DNA of 64,000 nt from Sphingopyxis sp. (GTDB taxonomy: Bacteria > Pseudomonadota > Alphaproteobacteria > Sphingomonadales > Sphingomonadaceae). A model generated the notes under the pieces. That model was given only the letters and a program-made list of their open reading frames with translations. It was not told where the DNA came from and did no database searches. Below, in pieces: positions 48,104 to 58,760 of this stretch. Made by a program: the position numbers and the translations under genes. Each line of letters begins with the position of its first letter. Position 1 is the stretch's first letter. The stretch lies in the NCBI GenBank assembly GCA_013821905.1, contig PNJO01000001.1, positions 5,989 through 69,988 of the forward strand, given 5' to 3'.

Positions 48104-48904
48104 TCAGCGGATCGTATATTTCTTGGCCTTGTCGGCCATCAGCGCGGCGCGGTTCACCTGCGGCACGCCGACCGGATTGCCGATCTGGCAATATTTGAGC
48201 CCCTGCTGCAGCGCGACGCTGCGCGGCAGGTCGAGCGATTCCCAGATCGCCTTGACCGATCCTGCGGTCGCCGCGGGCGGCTTGGCGGCGATCGCGGTCG
48301 CCAGTTCGTGCGCGCGCGGCCAGAGATCCTCGAGCGTCGTGATTTCGCTGACGAGGCCGATGCGCAGCGCGGTGCCGGCACCTATCCTTTCGTCATTGCC
48401 GAGCAGCACCATGCGCAGCACGTCGTGGAGCGGCATGTGATAGGTCATACCGATCGGCTCGAGCGCGCTCGTCATCCCGTAGGTGACATGCGGGTCGAAG
48501 AAGGTCGCGTCTTCGGAGCAGATGATGATGTCGCTCTCGTTGAGCCAGTAGAAGGCGCCGCCGGCGGCCATGCCGTGGACCGCGGCGATGACCGGCTTCC
48601 AGCATTTCATCGACTTCGGGCCGAGATAGTTGCCGGGATCCTCGGCGTGCCAGATATTGTCGAGATCGACGACCGTTCCGCCGGGTTTCTGCGATTCCTT
48701 GACGTCGACGCCGGTGCACCACGCTTTTCCGGGGGCCGCGCGCAAGACGCAGCAATGAATATCGTCGTTGGCGCCGATCCACTTCCACAGATGTTCGAAT
48801 TCGTCCATCATCCGCCTGGTGAAGCTGTTCATCGCGTCGGGACGATTGATCGTGATCGTCGCGACATGGTCGGCGACCTCGAGCAGGATGGTTTCATATT
48901 GCAT
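48104..48904 (-). CDS. Enoyl-CoA hydratase/isomerase family
   Basis: ITINRPDAMN, WCTGVD, KPVIAAVHG. Confidence 0.92.
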   Translation of the reverse strand: MQYETILLEVADHVATITINRPDAMNSFTRRMMDEFEHLWKWIGANDDIHCCVLRAAPGKAWCTGVDVKESQKPGGTVVDLDNIWHAEDPGNYLGPKSMKCWKPVIAAVHGMAAGGAFYWLNESDIIICSEDATFFDPHVTYGMTSALEPIGMTYHMPLHDVLRMVLLGNDERIGAGTALRIGLVSEITTLEDLWPRAHELATAIAAKPPAATAGSVKAIWESLDLPRSVALQQGLKYCQIGNPVGVPQVNRAALMADKAKKYTIR

Positions 48905-48941
48905 GGCCAGCGAATCCTCTCCCGGCGTTTGTCATGGTTGA

Positions 48942-48958
48942 CCTAGTTATACAACTCG
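48942..48958. promoter_or_regulatory. Operator copy 2 (CCTAGTTATACAACTCG)
   Basis: In the divergent intergenic region 48905-48995. Confidence 0.75.
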
Positions 48959-48995
48959 CTATGACACAGAGGGCAACAACGAGGCAAGTCCCGCA

Positions 48996-50087
48996 ATGAA
49001 TTTCGACCTTAGCGATGAACAGAAAATGCTTGGCGAGCAAGCCCGGGCGCTGCTTTCCGACCTTTCGCCGTTCGACCGGCTTCGCCACCTGATCGATTCG
49101 GGCGCCGATTGGGACGAGGAACTGTGGCGCTCGCTCGCCGAGATGGGCTTCCTCGGGGCGGCGATCCCCGAGGAACATGGCGGACTTGGCCTCGGCGCGC
49201 TCGACCTCGGCGTGATCATGGAGGCGCTGGGCGCCGCCAATGCCGCGGTGCCCTTCATGAGCTCGATCGTCCTCGCCGCCGAGGCCATCGCACTCGCGGG
49301 CAGCGAGGCGCAAAAGGCGGCGTGGCTCCCCAAGCTCGCTTCGGGCGAAGCGGTGGCGACCTTTGCCTATGCCGAGGGGCCGGGCCCGGTGTTTGCGGCT
49401 GGCGTGCAGCTTCGCGACGGAAGATTGACCGGCAGCAAGTCTCCGGTCGCCGATGCAGGCATCGCCGACATTGCGGTCGTACTGGTTGCGGGCGGCGGCT
49501 TCGCGCTGGTCGAACTCGATCAGCCCGGCGTGCTGCGCACGAAGCTCGAGAGCTTCGATCAGTTGCGCCCGCATTATCGCCTCGATTTCATTGATGCGGC
49601 CGCCGAGGTCATGCCCGGTACCGGTAAACTCGACCGGCTGATCGATCAGGCGGCGGTGCAGGCGGCGTTCGAAGCGGCGGGCGCCGCCGAAGCCTGCCTG
49701 ACGATGGCGCGCGACTATGCGATGGAACGGCAGATGTTCGGCCGCTCGCTCGCCGGTTATCAGGCGATCAAACACAAGCTTGCCGACGTCGCGGTCGCGA
49801 CCGAGCTGGCAAGATCGAACGCATATTATGGCGGCTGGGCCGCCGAATCCTCGCCCGACGACTTGCCCGCCGCCGCCGCGGCGGCGCGCCTTTCGGGCAT
49901 CAAATGCTTCGAGATGGCGGCGCGCGAAAATCTGCAGGTGCATGGCGGCATCGGCTACACGTTCGAGGCGAACTGCCATTTCTATTATCGGCGCGAGCGC
50001 ATGTTGGCGGTGCATCTCGGAAACCGCGGTTTCTGGGCCGACCGCCTGCTGAACGCGCAGCCCGGCAGCCAGGCAAAGGCGGTATAA
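48996..50087 (+). CDS. Acyl-CoA dehydrogenase (short partner subunit)
   Basis: RQMFGRSLAGYQAIKH, QVHGGIGYTFE. Confidence 0.9.
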   Translation: MNFDLSDEQKMLGEQARALLSDLSPFDRLRHLIDSGADWDEELWRSLAEMGFLGAAIPEEHGGLGLGALDLGVIMEALGAANAAVPFMSSIVLAAEAIALAGSEAQKAAWLPKLASGEAVATFAYAEGPGPVFAAGVQLRDGRLTGSKSPVADAGIADIAVVLVAGGGFALVELDQPGVLRTKLESFDQLRPHYRLDFIDAAAEVMPGTGKLDRLIDQAAVQAAFEAAGAAEACLTMARDYAMERQMFGRSLAGYQAIKHKLADVAVATELARSNAYYGGWAAESSPDDLPAAAAAARLSGIKCFEMAARENLQVHGGIGYTFEANCHFYYRRERMLAVHLGNRGFWADRLLNAQPGSQAKAV

Positions 50088-50088
50088 G

Positions 50089-51312
50089 ATGGATTTCAAC
50101 GACAGCCCCGAAGAAGCCGGCTTTCGCGCCAAGGCGCGCGACTGGCTCGCAGCGCACGCCCCCGCGCATGTGCTCAAGCCGGGCGAGAAGATGCCCGATA
50201 CCGAAGAGGCCGATCGCGGCCGCGCGTGGATGCGCGAATTGTTCGCGGGCGGCTGGTCGGGCCTGACTTTTCCGAAAGCCCTCGGCGGCGGCGGCCTTTC
50301 GGGGGCCGAGGCAGTGATCTTCTCCGAAGAAGAGGGCAAATATCACCTCCCCAAGGGGCCTTTCACGTCGATCGGGACTGGCATGGCGCTGCCGGTTATT
50401 GCGAAGCATGGCAATGACGAACAGCGCGCGCGCTTCATCGAACCGACGCTGAAGGGCGACATCACCTGGTGTCAGCTGTTCTCCGAACCGGCGGCGGGGT
50501 CCGATCTCGCGGCGCTGCGTACCAAGGCGGTGCGTGCCGATGACGGCTCGGGCGACTGGATCGTCAACGGCCAGAAGGTCTGGTCGAGCTGGGCGCATCT
50601 GACCGACTGGGGCATTCTCGTCGTGCGCACCGACCCGACCCTGCCCAAACACAAGGGGCTGACCTTTTTCGTCGTCGACATGAAGACGCCGGGGATCGAG
50701 ACGCGCCCGATCCGCCAGATTTCGGGAGCATGCGAGTTCAACGAAACATTCCTCACCGATGTCCGGATTCCCGATGCAAACCGGCTCGGCGCCGAGGGCG
50801 AGGGCTGGGCCTGTTGCATGACGGTGCTCATGGGCGAACGCCTCGGGTCTGGCGCGCATCGCAGCGGGGTCGAACCGCTCATCGATTATGCCGCGGCGAC
50901 CCCCGATGGCCGTGGCGGTACGATGCTCGACGACCGCGCGATCCGCCAGCAGCTCGCCGAGGCACTCGCCGAAGAGCAGGGCGAACGGTTCTTCCAGGCG
51001 CGCCTCAGGACGATGGTCTCGAAGGGCGAGAATCCCGGCGCGCTCGCGGGCATGGTCAAGCTCGCCTATGCGTCGCGCTACCAGAAGACCAATGGCCTCG
51101 CGCTCGAATTGCGCGGCCTCGCGGGCATCGCACCCGAGGCTGGCGATACCGCAACCGGCGACGTCCAGTACGACTATATCTATTCGACCGTGATGCGTAT
51201 CGCGGGCGGGGCCGACGAGGTGCTGCGCAACCAGATTGCCGAACGTGTGCTTGGCATGCCCGGCGAGGTGCGGATGGACAAGGATGTGCCGTTCGATAGC
51301 CTGAAGGGCTGA
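50089..51312 (+). CDS. Acyl-CoA dehydrogenase (long subunit)
   Basis: WCQLFSEPAAGSDLA, IAGGADEVLRNQI. Confidence 0.93.
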   Translation: MDFNDSPEEAGFRAKARDWLAAHAPAHVLKPGEKMPDTEEADRGRAWMRELFAGGWSGLTFPKALGGGGLSGAEAVIFSEEEGKYHLPKGPFTSIGTGMALPVIAKHGNDEQRARFIEPTLKGDITWCQLFSEPAAGSDLAALRTKAVRADDGSGDWIVNGQKVWSSWAHLTDWGILVVRTDPTLPKHKGLTFFVVDMKTPGIETRPIRQISGACEFNETFLTDVRIPDANRLGAEGEGWACCMTVLMGERLGSGAHRSGVEPLIDYAAATPDGRGGTMLDDRAIRQQLAEALAEEQGERFFQARLRTMVSKGENPGALAGMVKLAYASRYQKTNGLALELRGLAGIAPEAGDTATGDVQYDYIYSTVMRIAGGADEVLRNQIAERVLGMPGEVRMDKDVPFDSLKG

Positions 51313-51315
51313 TCG

Positions 51316-52488
51316 TCAGGCGGCGAGCCCGGCCTTCCAGTCGCGGCGGATTTTCCTGGCGAGGCTCCATTTGTGGACCTCGGTCGGGCCGTCGTAGATG
51401 CGGAAGGCGCGAACCTCGCGGAACACCTGCTCGACGATCGTCTTGTCGGTCACGCCGGTACCGCCCATCACCTGGACGCAGCGGTCGGCGATGCGCATCA
51501 GCGCCTCGGACACCGCGACCTTCGCCATCGAGCTTTCGACCGTGCCGAGCGATCCGGTGTCGAGCACGCCCGCGCACCAGTCGATCATCAACTCGGCTTG
51601 CTTCAGGTCGATCATATTTTCGGCGAGCATGAAGCCGACGCCCTCATGGTCGATCAGCGGCTTGCCGAAGGCCTCACGGCGGTTGGCATAATCGGTTGCG
51701 ATCTCGTGCGCGCGGATGCACGCGCCGAGCCAGCGCATGCAATGCGACAGGCGGGCAGGGGACAGGCGCACCTGCGCGTACCGGAATCCTTCGCCCGCCT
51801 CGCCGAGCATCTGGTCGGCGGGGATGCGGAGGTTGTCGATCGTCAGCGTTGCGTGGCCGCCGGGCATCGAACTGTCGATCGTGTTCGGCACCTCGTCGAT
51901 GCGGATCGCGGGATCGGGCAGGTCGACGAGGAACATGCACGCGCCCTGTTCGGACTTTGCCATCACGATGCCGACGCGCGCGCCCTGCGCGCCGGTGATG
52001 AAGGTCTTGCGGCCATTGACCACCCAGTGATTGCCGTCGAGGTGGCACGTCGTCTTCATCATCGACGGGTCGGACCCGGCGCCGCCTTCTTCGGCAGGCT
52101 CGGTCATGAAAAAGGCCGAACGGACGCGGCCTTCGACCATCGGTTTCAGGAAGCGCTCCTTGAGTTCGGGGCTGCCTTCCTTGCCGAGCAGGTACATATT
52201 GCCCTCGTCGGGCGCCATCGTGTTGCACGCGAGCGGCCCGAGCGGCGACAGGCCGCTCTTGATCAGCACCACGGCGGTCTCGCCCTGATTGAGGTGGCTG
52301 CCGTCGGCCAGGATATGCGGGGTCAGCACGCCCGCGGCGCGGGCATGTTCGCGCATCTCCATCACCAGCTCGTCGGTCGGCGCGCCATGATGATCGCGGC
52401 GCGGGTCGCTCTCGTAGGGAATGATGCGTTCCCGGACGAACGCTTCGACCCTTGCGGCTATCGCGAGCGCGCGGTCAGTCTGTGTCAT
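51316..52488 (-). CDS. Acyl-CoA dehydrogenase
   Basis: APDEGNM, FMTEP, RIYDGPTEVH. Confidence 0.93.
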   Translation of the reverse strand: MTQTDRALAIAARVEAFVRERIIPYESDPRRDHHGAPTDELVMEMREHARAAGVLTPHILADGSHLNQGETAVVLIKSGLSPLGPLACNTMAPDEGNMYLLGKEGSPELKERFLKPMVEGRVRSAFFMTEPAEEGGAGSDPSMMKTTCHLDGNHWVVNGRKTFITGAQGARVGIVMAKSEQGACMFLVDLPDPAIRIDEVPNTIDSSMPGGHATLTIDNLRIPADQMLGEAGEGFRYAQVRLSPARLSHCMRWLGACIRAHEIATDYANRREAFGKPLIDHEGVGFMLAENMIDLKQAELMIDWCAGVLDTGSLGTVESSMAKVAVSEALMRIADRCVQVMGGTGVTDKTIVEQVFREVRAFRIYDGPTEVHKWSLARKIRRDWKAGLAA

Positions 52489-52513
52489 GAAATGTCCTTG
52501 CCGTCGGCTGCGT

Positions 52514-54001
52514 TCAAGCCGCTCTGCGCCGTTCTGCTGCGGCCTTCGCCAGCGGTCCGGCCAGATCCTTTTTCAGTATCTTGCCATTCGGATTGAGCGG
52601 CATCACGTCCATCACCAAAAGGGTGCGGGGCACCTTGTTGTCGCCGAGATGCTCCTTGCAAAAGGCGATGATATCGTCGGGCGTCGCGCTTTCGCCGGGG
52701 CGCAGCGTGACAGCGGCCGCAATGTCTTCGCCCAGCACCTCGTGCGGGACGCCGACGACCGCTGCCTGCTGGACCGCCGGGTGAAGGTGGAGCGCGGTTT
52801 CGATCTCGAGCGGCGTGATATTATAGCCGCCGCGAATTATCAGCTCCTTGGACCGTCCCGCCATGATGAGGTCGCCGTCGGCATCGACGAAGCCGAGGTC
52901 GCCGGTCTTGGTCCAGCCGCCCTTGAAGCTCGCCGCCGTCGCTTCGGCATCGTTCCAGTAGCGACGCGGATGCTTCTGCCAGCCGAAGATTTCGCCGACG
53001 ACGCCGGGCTCGGTAATGACGTTTCCGGCTTCGTCGCGAAGCTGCATATGCGGCGGCAGTTTGCCGACGCAGCCGGGTTTGCGGACCTGTTCCTGGCTCG
53101 TCGTGCCCACGCCGATGCCGCCTTCGGACATGCCGTAGCTGTTGCGCATCCGGACGTGGGGCCAGAGCTTCAGCGCACGCTCGACCGAATCATGCGGCAG
53201 GGGCGCGGTGCCGGTCATCAGATACTTGACCCCCGCAAAATCATAGTTCGCGACGTCGGGGTGATCGAGGATCAGCCGCAGCATCGAGGGAACCAGATAG
53301 ACGAGGTTCGGCTGCTTTTCGCGGACGAGGTCCAGAAAGCCCTTGGGGTCGAACTTCTGCTGGGTGATGGCGGTCGCGCCGCCGCGGGCGGGCAGCATGA
53401 CGATGCCGATGTTGCCACCCGACCCGGTAAGCGGAAGGGCGCTCAACGTCGAGCGCGAACGGTCCATATTGTGACCTGTGACCCCGGTCATCAGGTCGGG
53501 GTGCGACACCACGACGCCCTTGATCTTGCCCGTGGTTCCCGACGTTCCAAGGATCTCCGCGTCGGCATTGGGATCGAGGCCCGCCTGATCGGGCAGAGCG
53601 CCGATGTCGCGCGGCATGGCATCGACGTGCCAGCTGCCCGCAAGATCGAGCTCCTTCACGAGGTCCGGCGTGTCGGTCAGGCAGAAGCGCGGTTCGCATA
53701 GCGCGGCATAATCTACGATTTCGCGGGGATTGAGGCGCGTATTGATCGGGCAGGCGATGCCGCCGGCGCGAAAGACAGCGAACACCGCGATCGCCATTTC
53801 GACCGCACGCATGTTGCTGATCGGCAGGAAGACGCGGTCGCCAGGCACGAGGCCTGCGGCTGTCAACCCGCCGCCGACTTCATCGGCCTCGCGGTCCCAC
53901 TCGGCGAAGGTGATCTGCCGCCTGACGTCGTCGTGCGCGATCTCATTTGCCTGATGCGACGCGCGCACCTTCAATGCATCGCTGATGCGGCGAACTTCCA
54001 T
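52514..54001 (-). CDS. Acyl-CoA synthetase (AMP-binding)
   Basis: TSGTTGKIKG, YGMSE, KTGD, GKILK. Confidence 0.93.
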   Translation of the reverse strand: MEVRRISDALKVRASHQANEIAHDDVRRQITFAEWDREADEVGGGLTAAGLVPGDRVFLPISNMRAVEMAIAVFAVFRAGGIACPINTRLNPREIVDYAALCEPRFCLTDTPDLVKELDLAGSWHVDAMPRDIGALPDQAGLDPNADAEILGTSGTTGKIKGVVVSHPDLMTGVTGHNMDRSRSTLSALPLTGSGGNIGIVMLPARGGATAITQQKFDPKGFLDLVREKQPNLVYLVPSMLRLILDHPDVANYDFAGVKYLMTGTAPLPHDSVERALKLWPHVRMRNSYGMSEGGIGVGTTSQEQVRKPGCVGKLPPHMQLRDEAGNVITEPGVVGEIFGWQKHPRRYWNDAEATAASFKGGWTKTGDLGFVDADGDLIMAGRSKELIIRGGYNITPLEIETALHLHPAVQQAAVVGVPHEVLGEDIAAAVTLRPGESATPDDIIAFCKEHLGDNKVPRTLLVMDVMPLNPNGKILKKDLAGPLAKAAAERRRAA

Positions 54002-54040
54002 TGTGCACTATCCCCTTGCGTGACTTGTGAGGATATATTA

Positions 54041-54057
54041 CCTAGTTATATAACTCG
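54041..54057. promoter_or_regulatory. Operator copy 3 (CCTAGTTATATAACTCG)
   Basis: Perfect palindromic core in a divergent intergenic region. Confidence 0.8.
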
Positions 54058-54075
54058 TGACAAGGGAGATATGCG

Positions 54076-55362
54076 GTGGCCGATACGAAAGAAGATATCA
54101 AGCAGAGCGACGAATGGCAGAAAGCCGTCGATTACGAGATCACCGACCATGATATCGAGCGCCAGCGCCAGCTGCTCGGATTCGATCAGGCCGCAAAGAC
54201 CCGCGAATATATCCAGACGGCAACCGAAGATAATATCCGCAACTTCGCGCATGGCTGCGGTGACGACAATCCGCTCTATTGCGATCCGCATTATGCGAAG
54301 AAGACGCGCTGGGGCGGCGTTATCGCGCCCGGCATGTTCACCGGCATGATTAACCGGCCGATGAAGGGCGATCCCGTACCCGAAGAGATCAAGGCGCTGC
54401 GCAAGAGCCTGTTCAAGGGCATCCACGTCTTTGTGTCGGGGTCGACCTGGGACTTCTATCGTCCCGTGCGCCCCGGTGACACGATCTACAGCTTCAACGG
54501 CGACGAGTCGGTCGAGGTGAAGAGTTCCGAATTCGCCGGCAAGTCGGTCATTTCGGTCCGCCGCGACGTCAAGGTGAACCAGCGCGGCGAAGTCGTCGCC
54601 GTCTATCGTATCCTGCGCGTTCTGACCGAACGCAAGACGGCGGCGAAGAAAGGCAAGAATCTCTCGATCCAGCCTGCGACCTACACCGAGGAGGAGTTCG
54701 CCAAGATCGAGGAAGTCTACGCGAACGAGAAGGTACAGGGCGCGGCGAAGCGCTGGTTCGAGGATGTCGAGCCCGGCGACAGCCTCGGCACGCAGGCCAA
54801 GGGCCCGCTGACCGTCACCGACGTGATCTGTTTCCATTCGGGCGGCTATGGTTTCGTGCCCTACGCGCCGACGGCCAACCGCCTCGCGCACAAGAATCGC
54901 CAGCGCATTCCGGCCTTCTACGTGAAGAACGAACATGGCATTCCCGACGTCGCGCAGCGGCTGCACTGGGATCCGGTGTGGGCGCAGGCGATCGGCAACC
55001 CGATGGCCTATGACTATGGCGTGATGCGCGAAAACTTCCTCTACCAGTATCTGTCGGACTGGTGCGGAGACGATGCGATCATCCTTCACGTCCATGACGA
55101 GATCCGCAAGTTCAACTATATGGGCGACGTCCAGACCGTGACCGGCAAAATTCTCGCCAAGCGACAGGAAGGCGGCCAGAATCTGGTCGATGTTGCGGTG
55201 GCCTTCACCAACCAGCGCGGCGAGGAATCGGTCCGCGCGACCGCGACCATTGCCTTGCCGAGCAAGGATAATGCCCTGCCGATGTATCCCGAGGTTCCGG
55301 CGGACCTCGCGCAGAAGGCGGCGAAGATGATGGCGCGGCACTGGGAACTTGGCGGCGATTGA
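54076..55362 (+). CDS. MaoC/FAS1-like tandem hotdog (de)hydratase
   Basis: IRNFAHGCGDDNPLY...IAPGMF; second module RLHWD..WA..IG. Confidence 0.85.
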   Translation: MADTKEDIKQSDEWQKAVDYEITDHDIERQRQLLGFDQAAKTREYIQTATEDNIRNFAHGCGDDNPLYCDPHYAKKTRWGGVIAPGMFTGMINRPMKGDPVPEEIKALRKSLFKGIHVFVSGSTWDFYRPVRPGDTIYSFNGDESVEVKSSEFAGKSVISVRRDVKVNQRGEVVAVYRILRVLTERKTAAKKGKNLSIQPATYTEEEFAKIEEVYANEKVQGAAKRWFEDVEPGDSLGTQAKGPLTVTDVICFHSGGYGFVPYAPTANRLAHKNRQRIPAFYVKNEHGIPDVAQRLHWDPVWAQAIGNPMAYDYGVMRENFLYQYLSDWCGDDAIILHVHDEIRKFNYMGDVQTVTGKILAKRQEGGQNLVDVAVAFTNQRGEESVRATATIALPSKDNALPMYPEVPADLAQKAAKMMARHWELGGD

Positions 55363-55410
55363 TCCGGCCTCCATTTCCTTGGAAGATTGCAGGGCAAAGG
55401 GGGACCATTC

Positions 55411-56208
55411 ATGTCCGAAGTGCTGATCGACGATGATGCGGGCGTTCGCACCATCACCCTCAACCGGCCCGACCGGCTCAATGCGCTGACGGGCTCGATC
55501 ATGGCGCCGCTCGCCGATGCGTGCGCCGATGCGGCGCGCGACGCGTCGGTCGGCTGCGTCGTCGTGACGGGCGCGGGCAGGGGCTTTTGCGCCGGGGGCG
55601 ACCTCAAGGAGGGAGGCGCCGACAAGGCCATCGTGCCCGCCAACGCCGAGAGCGGCAGCCGTGCGGAGCAGAGCTTCGTGCGGCTGCGCGGTTTCATGGA
55701 AACTTCGCGCCTGCTCCATGAAATGGCGAAGCCGACGATCGCCATGATCAACGGCCCGGTCGCGGGCGCGGGCATCGGCATCGCCGGGGCTTGCGACCTG
55801 CGCTTCGCGGCGAAAAGTGCAAGCTTCCTCACCGCCTTCGACCGGATCGGCGCGGGCGGCGATTTCGGCTCGACCTGGTTCTGGACCAAGATCGTCGGCA
55901 CCGGCGTTGCGCGCGAACTCTTCCTGCTGGGCGAGAAGCTGACTGCGGACGAGGCCTTTGCAAAGGGGCTCTACACGCGTCTGTTCGACGATGACGCCTT
56001 GCGCGACGAGACGATGAAGGCCGCCCGCCGGCTCGCCGACGGCCCGCGCATGGGCTACCGCTATATGAAAACCAACCTCAACAACGCCGAGGATTGGGCT
56101 TTCGAGGCGGCGCTCGATGCCGAAGCGCTCAATATGGGCCTGTCGACCAGCGCGACCGCGATGATCTGGCGCGAGAAGAAGAAGCAGGACGAACAGGGCG
56201 GTGGCTGA
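55411..56208 (+). CDS. Enoyl-CoA hydratase/isomerase family (PaaG-like)
   Basis: FCAGGD, AFDRIGAGGDFG. Confidence 0.9.
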   Translation: MSEVLIDDDAGVRTITLNRPDRLNALTGSIMAPLADACADAARDASVGCVVVTGAGRGFCAGGDLKEGGADKAIVPANAESGSRAEQSFVRLRGFMETSRLLHEMAKPTIAMINGPVAGAGIGIAGACDLRFAAKSASFLTAFDRIGAGGDFGSTWFWTKIVGTGVARELFLLGEKLTADEAFAKGLYTRLFDDDALRDETMKAARRLADGPRMGYRYMKTNLNNAEDWAFEAALDAEALNMGLSTSATAMIWREKKKQDEQGGG

Positions 56209-57133
56209 GCCGCTCGACCTGCGGATCGATGTTTCGGATGCGCTGCCCGCCGCGATCACCGGCGGCGAGCCGCTGCATATCGCCGCATGGGTGTTTATGC
56301 CCGACCTCTTGCCCGAAAAGCCGACGGTCGTCACGCTGTTCAACGGCGGGACCTACGATCGCCGCTACTTCCATTTCGAGGTGCCCGGACGCGAGGGCTA
56401 TAGCTGCGCCGAATATCTGAGCGCGCGCGGCCATATCGTCATCCTTCCCGACCATCTCGGCATCGGCGCCAGCGACCGTGCGAAGGATCAGATGCTTGCG
56501 ACGCGCGAGGTCGCGGCGCTCGCGCATCACACCGCGATCGAACGGATCTACGACCAATTACGCGATGGAAGGCTGGCGACGCTTCGGGAATTCGTGAAGG
56601 TCGGTGGCGGCCATTCGATGGGCGGGTTCATGACGATCACCCAGCAGGCGGCGTATCGGACCTACGATCTCTGCCTGATCCTCGGCTATACCGCCGACGG
56701 TGTGCACCTGACGTTCGGCGACCAGCTGGTGCGTGTGCATCCCGGCGATCTCGACCCGACCCAGCCCGACTATGACAAGCGCGACCGGTCGAAACTGCGC
56801 AAAAGCTTCCACTGGGACGATGTTCCCGAGGATGTGATCGCGGTAGATGACGCCCTGCTCGTCGAAGTGCCTTATGTGCTCTCGACGCAGTCGATCATGA
56901 CCGGCATCGTTACCGCCGACGCCGCGAAGATCGACGTGCCGATCTATATCAACCTCGGCGAGCGAGATGTATCGCCGAACCCGCATGCCGAGCCCGGCTA
57001 TTATTCCGCGTGCCGCGACATCACGCTGCATGTCCTGCCGCACTCGGGTCATTGCCAGAATTTCGCGACGACGCGTATCGAGATGTACGACCGCATCGAC
57101 CGCTGGGTGCGCGACCAGGCTGGAGCCCCATGA
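56201..57133 (+). CDS. Alpha/beta hydrolase
   Basis: GHSMG nucleophile elbow; SGHC. Confidence 0.88.
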   Translation: MAEPLDLRIDVSDALPAAITGGEPLHIAAWVFMPDLLPEKPTVVTLFNGGTYDRRYFHFEVPGREGYSCAEYLSARGHIVILPDHLGIGASDRAKDQMLATREVAALAHHTAIERIYDQLRDGRLATLREFVKVGGGHSMGGFMTITQQAAYRTYDLCLILGYTADGVHLTFGDQLVRVHPGDLDPTQPDYDKRDRSKLRKSFHWDDVPEDVIAVDDALLVEVPYVLSTQSIMTGIVTADAAKIDVPIYINLGERDVSPNPHAEPGYYSACRDITLHVLPHSGHCQNFATTRIEMYDRIDRWVRDQAGAP

Positions 57134-57924
57134 CCACCGAACATATCCGTATCGACCGCCATGAGGGCGGTATCGCCGCCGTTACTGTCGCCCGCGCCGA
57201 TATCGGCAACGCCTCCTCGCCCGAGATGCTCGGCGAGATACGCGACGCCTTCGCCGCGCTGTCGGTCGACCGCGAGGTCCGTGCCATCGTCTTTGCCGCC
57301 GAGGGAAAACATTTTTCTGTCGGTGCCGATTTCGCTTTTTTACAGCGACTTACGGTCCTGTCCGCAAGCGAGATCAAGGATACCGTCTACGCCAATTTCC
57401 AGGGCGCGGCGCGCGCCATCTATCGCTGTCCGAAGCCCACGCTTGCGCTGGTGCAGGGCGCCGCCGTCACGGTCGGCTGCGAGCTGGCGCTGGCCTGCGA
57501 TTTCCGCGTCGCTGCCGATTCGGCGATGTTCCAGGAAAGCTGGATCAAGCTCGGCATCATGCCGCCGCTTGGTGGAACCTTCCTGCTCCCGCGCATCGTC
57601 GGCCTCGGCCGCGCGATGGAGATGTGCCTTCGCGGCAAGCAGGTGCGTGCTGAGGAGGCGCTCGCGATCGGGCTGGTGAGCGAAGTGGTAGGCAAGGACG
57701 GGCTTGCCGCGCGCGGTATCGAACTGGCGCGCGAACTCGCCGCTTCGGCCCCGCTCGGTTATGCGACCGTGAAACAGTCGATCCAGCGTGCGCTCGAGAG
57801 CAGCATGGAGGCGGAATGGCAGGCCAATCTGCCCAATCAGGCCTTGCTCCTCGGGAGCCGGGACCATCGTGAAGGGCTGGCCGCAATCACCGAAAAGCGG
57901 GCACCCGACTTCCGCGGCGAATAG
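57130..57924 (+). CDS. Enoyl-CoA hydratase/isomerase family
   Basis: FSVGAD, GCELALACD, EKRAPDF. Confidence 0.92.
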   Translation: MTTEHIRIDRHEGGIAAVTVARADIGNASSPEMLGEIRDAFAALSVDREVRAIVFAAEGKHFSVGADFAFLQRLTVLSASEIKDTVYANFQGAARAIYRCPKPTLALVQGAAVTVGCELALACDFRVAADSAMFQESWIKLGIMPPLGGTFLLPRIVGLGRAMEMCLRGKQVRAEEALAIGLVSEVVGKDGLAARGIELARELAASAPLGYATVKQSIQRALESSMEAEWQANLPNQALLLGSRDHREGLAAITEKRAPDFRGE

Positions 57925-57926
57925 GG

Positions 57927-58715
57927 TCAGCGGGGGCTGCCCGGCCCCACGAAAATCGTTTGCGTCCCTTTGGCATAGACGCCGTCGACATCGGCGAAGA
58001 CCGTCTGCGCCAGCGCATGGCCGTTCCCCGCACCCTCGGTATGCGCATCGAGCAGGAACCAGTCGCCGCGCGGGAGGCGGAAGAACTGGATCGAGATGTC
58101 GAGATTGGCGTAGCTCCACTCGTGCGCGTGGGTCGCGCTGCCGACCCCGTTGCCGAAGTCGGCGAAGAGGCAGGCCTTGACGAAGGGTGACGCCGGCACG
58201 CCCGACACAATCTCGCCGTCCATGCGCATCCACGATACGCCGCGCCCGGGCTGGCGGACCCCGCCCATGATCGGGCGCGTCTTTATCGCTCCTGCCATGC
58301 TCGCGCCGATCAGGAAGACATCTTCGGGGACGTCGCCGGGAGCGGGATGGGGCTGGGGCGCCGGCAATTCGGGAGTGTCCATATGGCGCGCCAGGAGCAC
58401 ATGGGCTTGCGCTACGGGCTTGCCGGCGGCGAGCAGTTCGATCCGGTAGAGTTGCGCTTGCCGCCCTTGCCGGACCGGGACGATGCGCGGGGTCAGGAGA
58501 GTCTGCGGGACGATGCCGAGGATGTCGATCGTCAGCCGGCAAATCTCGAACTCGGGATCGAAGCCCGCCTCTCCGGCGACATGACCGATCAGCGCGCCGA
58601 TCGGTCCGCCCGCGACAGCATTGGCGAACCATGGATTGCGGGCAAGACCGGAGGGGTCGAAGCCGGCGCCGTCGCGGACGAAATAATGGGGAATGGCGAT
58701 CGTGTCGGTGCTCAT
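57927..58715 (-). CDS. Thioesterase family (double hotdog)
   Basis: ARNPW...AGGP, FADFGNG, ANLDISIQF.RLP.G.W. Confidence 0.88.
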   Translation of the reverse strand: MSTDTIAIPHYFVRDGAGFDPSGLARNPWFANAVAGGPIGALIGHVAGEAGFDPEFEICRLTIDILGIVPQTLLTPRIVPVRQGRQAQLYRIELLAAGKPVAQAHVLLARHMDTPELPAPQPHPAPGDVPEDVFLIGASMAGAIKTRPIMGGVRQPGRGVSWMRMDGEIVSGVPASPFVKACLFADFGNGVGSATHAHEWSYANLDISIQFFRLPRGDWFLLDAHTEGAGNGHALAQTVFADVDGVYAKGTQTIFVGPGSPR

Positions 58716-58760
58716 CGGGCCCTCCCTAACCTTGGCCGTGCTGGCATACAACATATTTGA

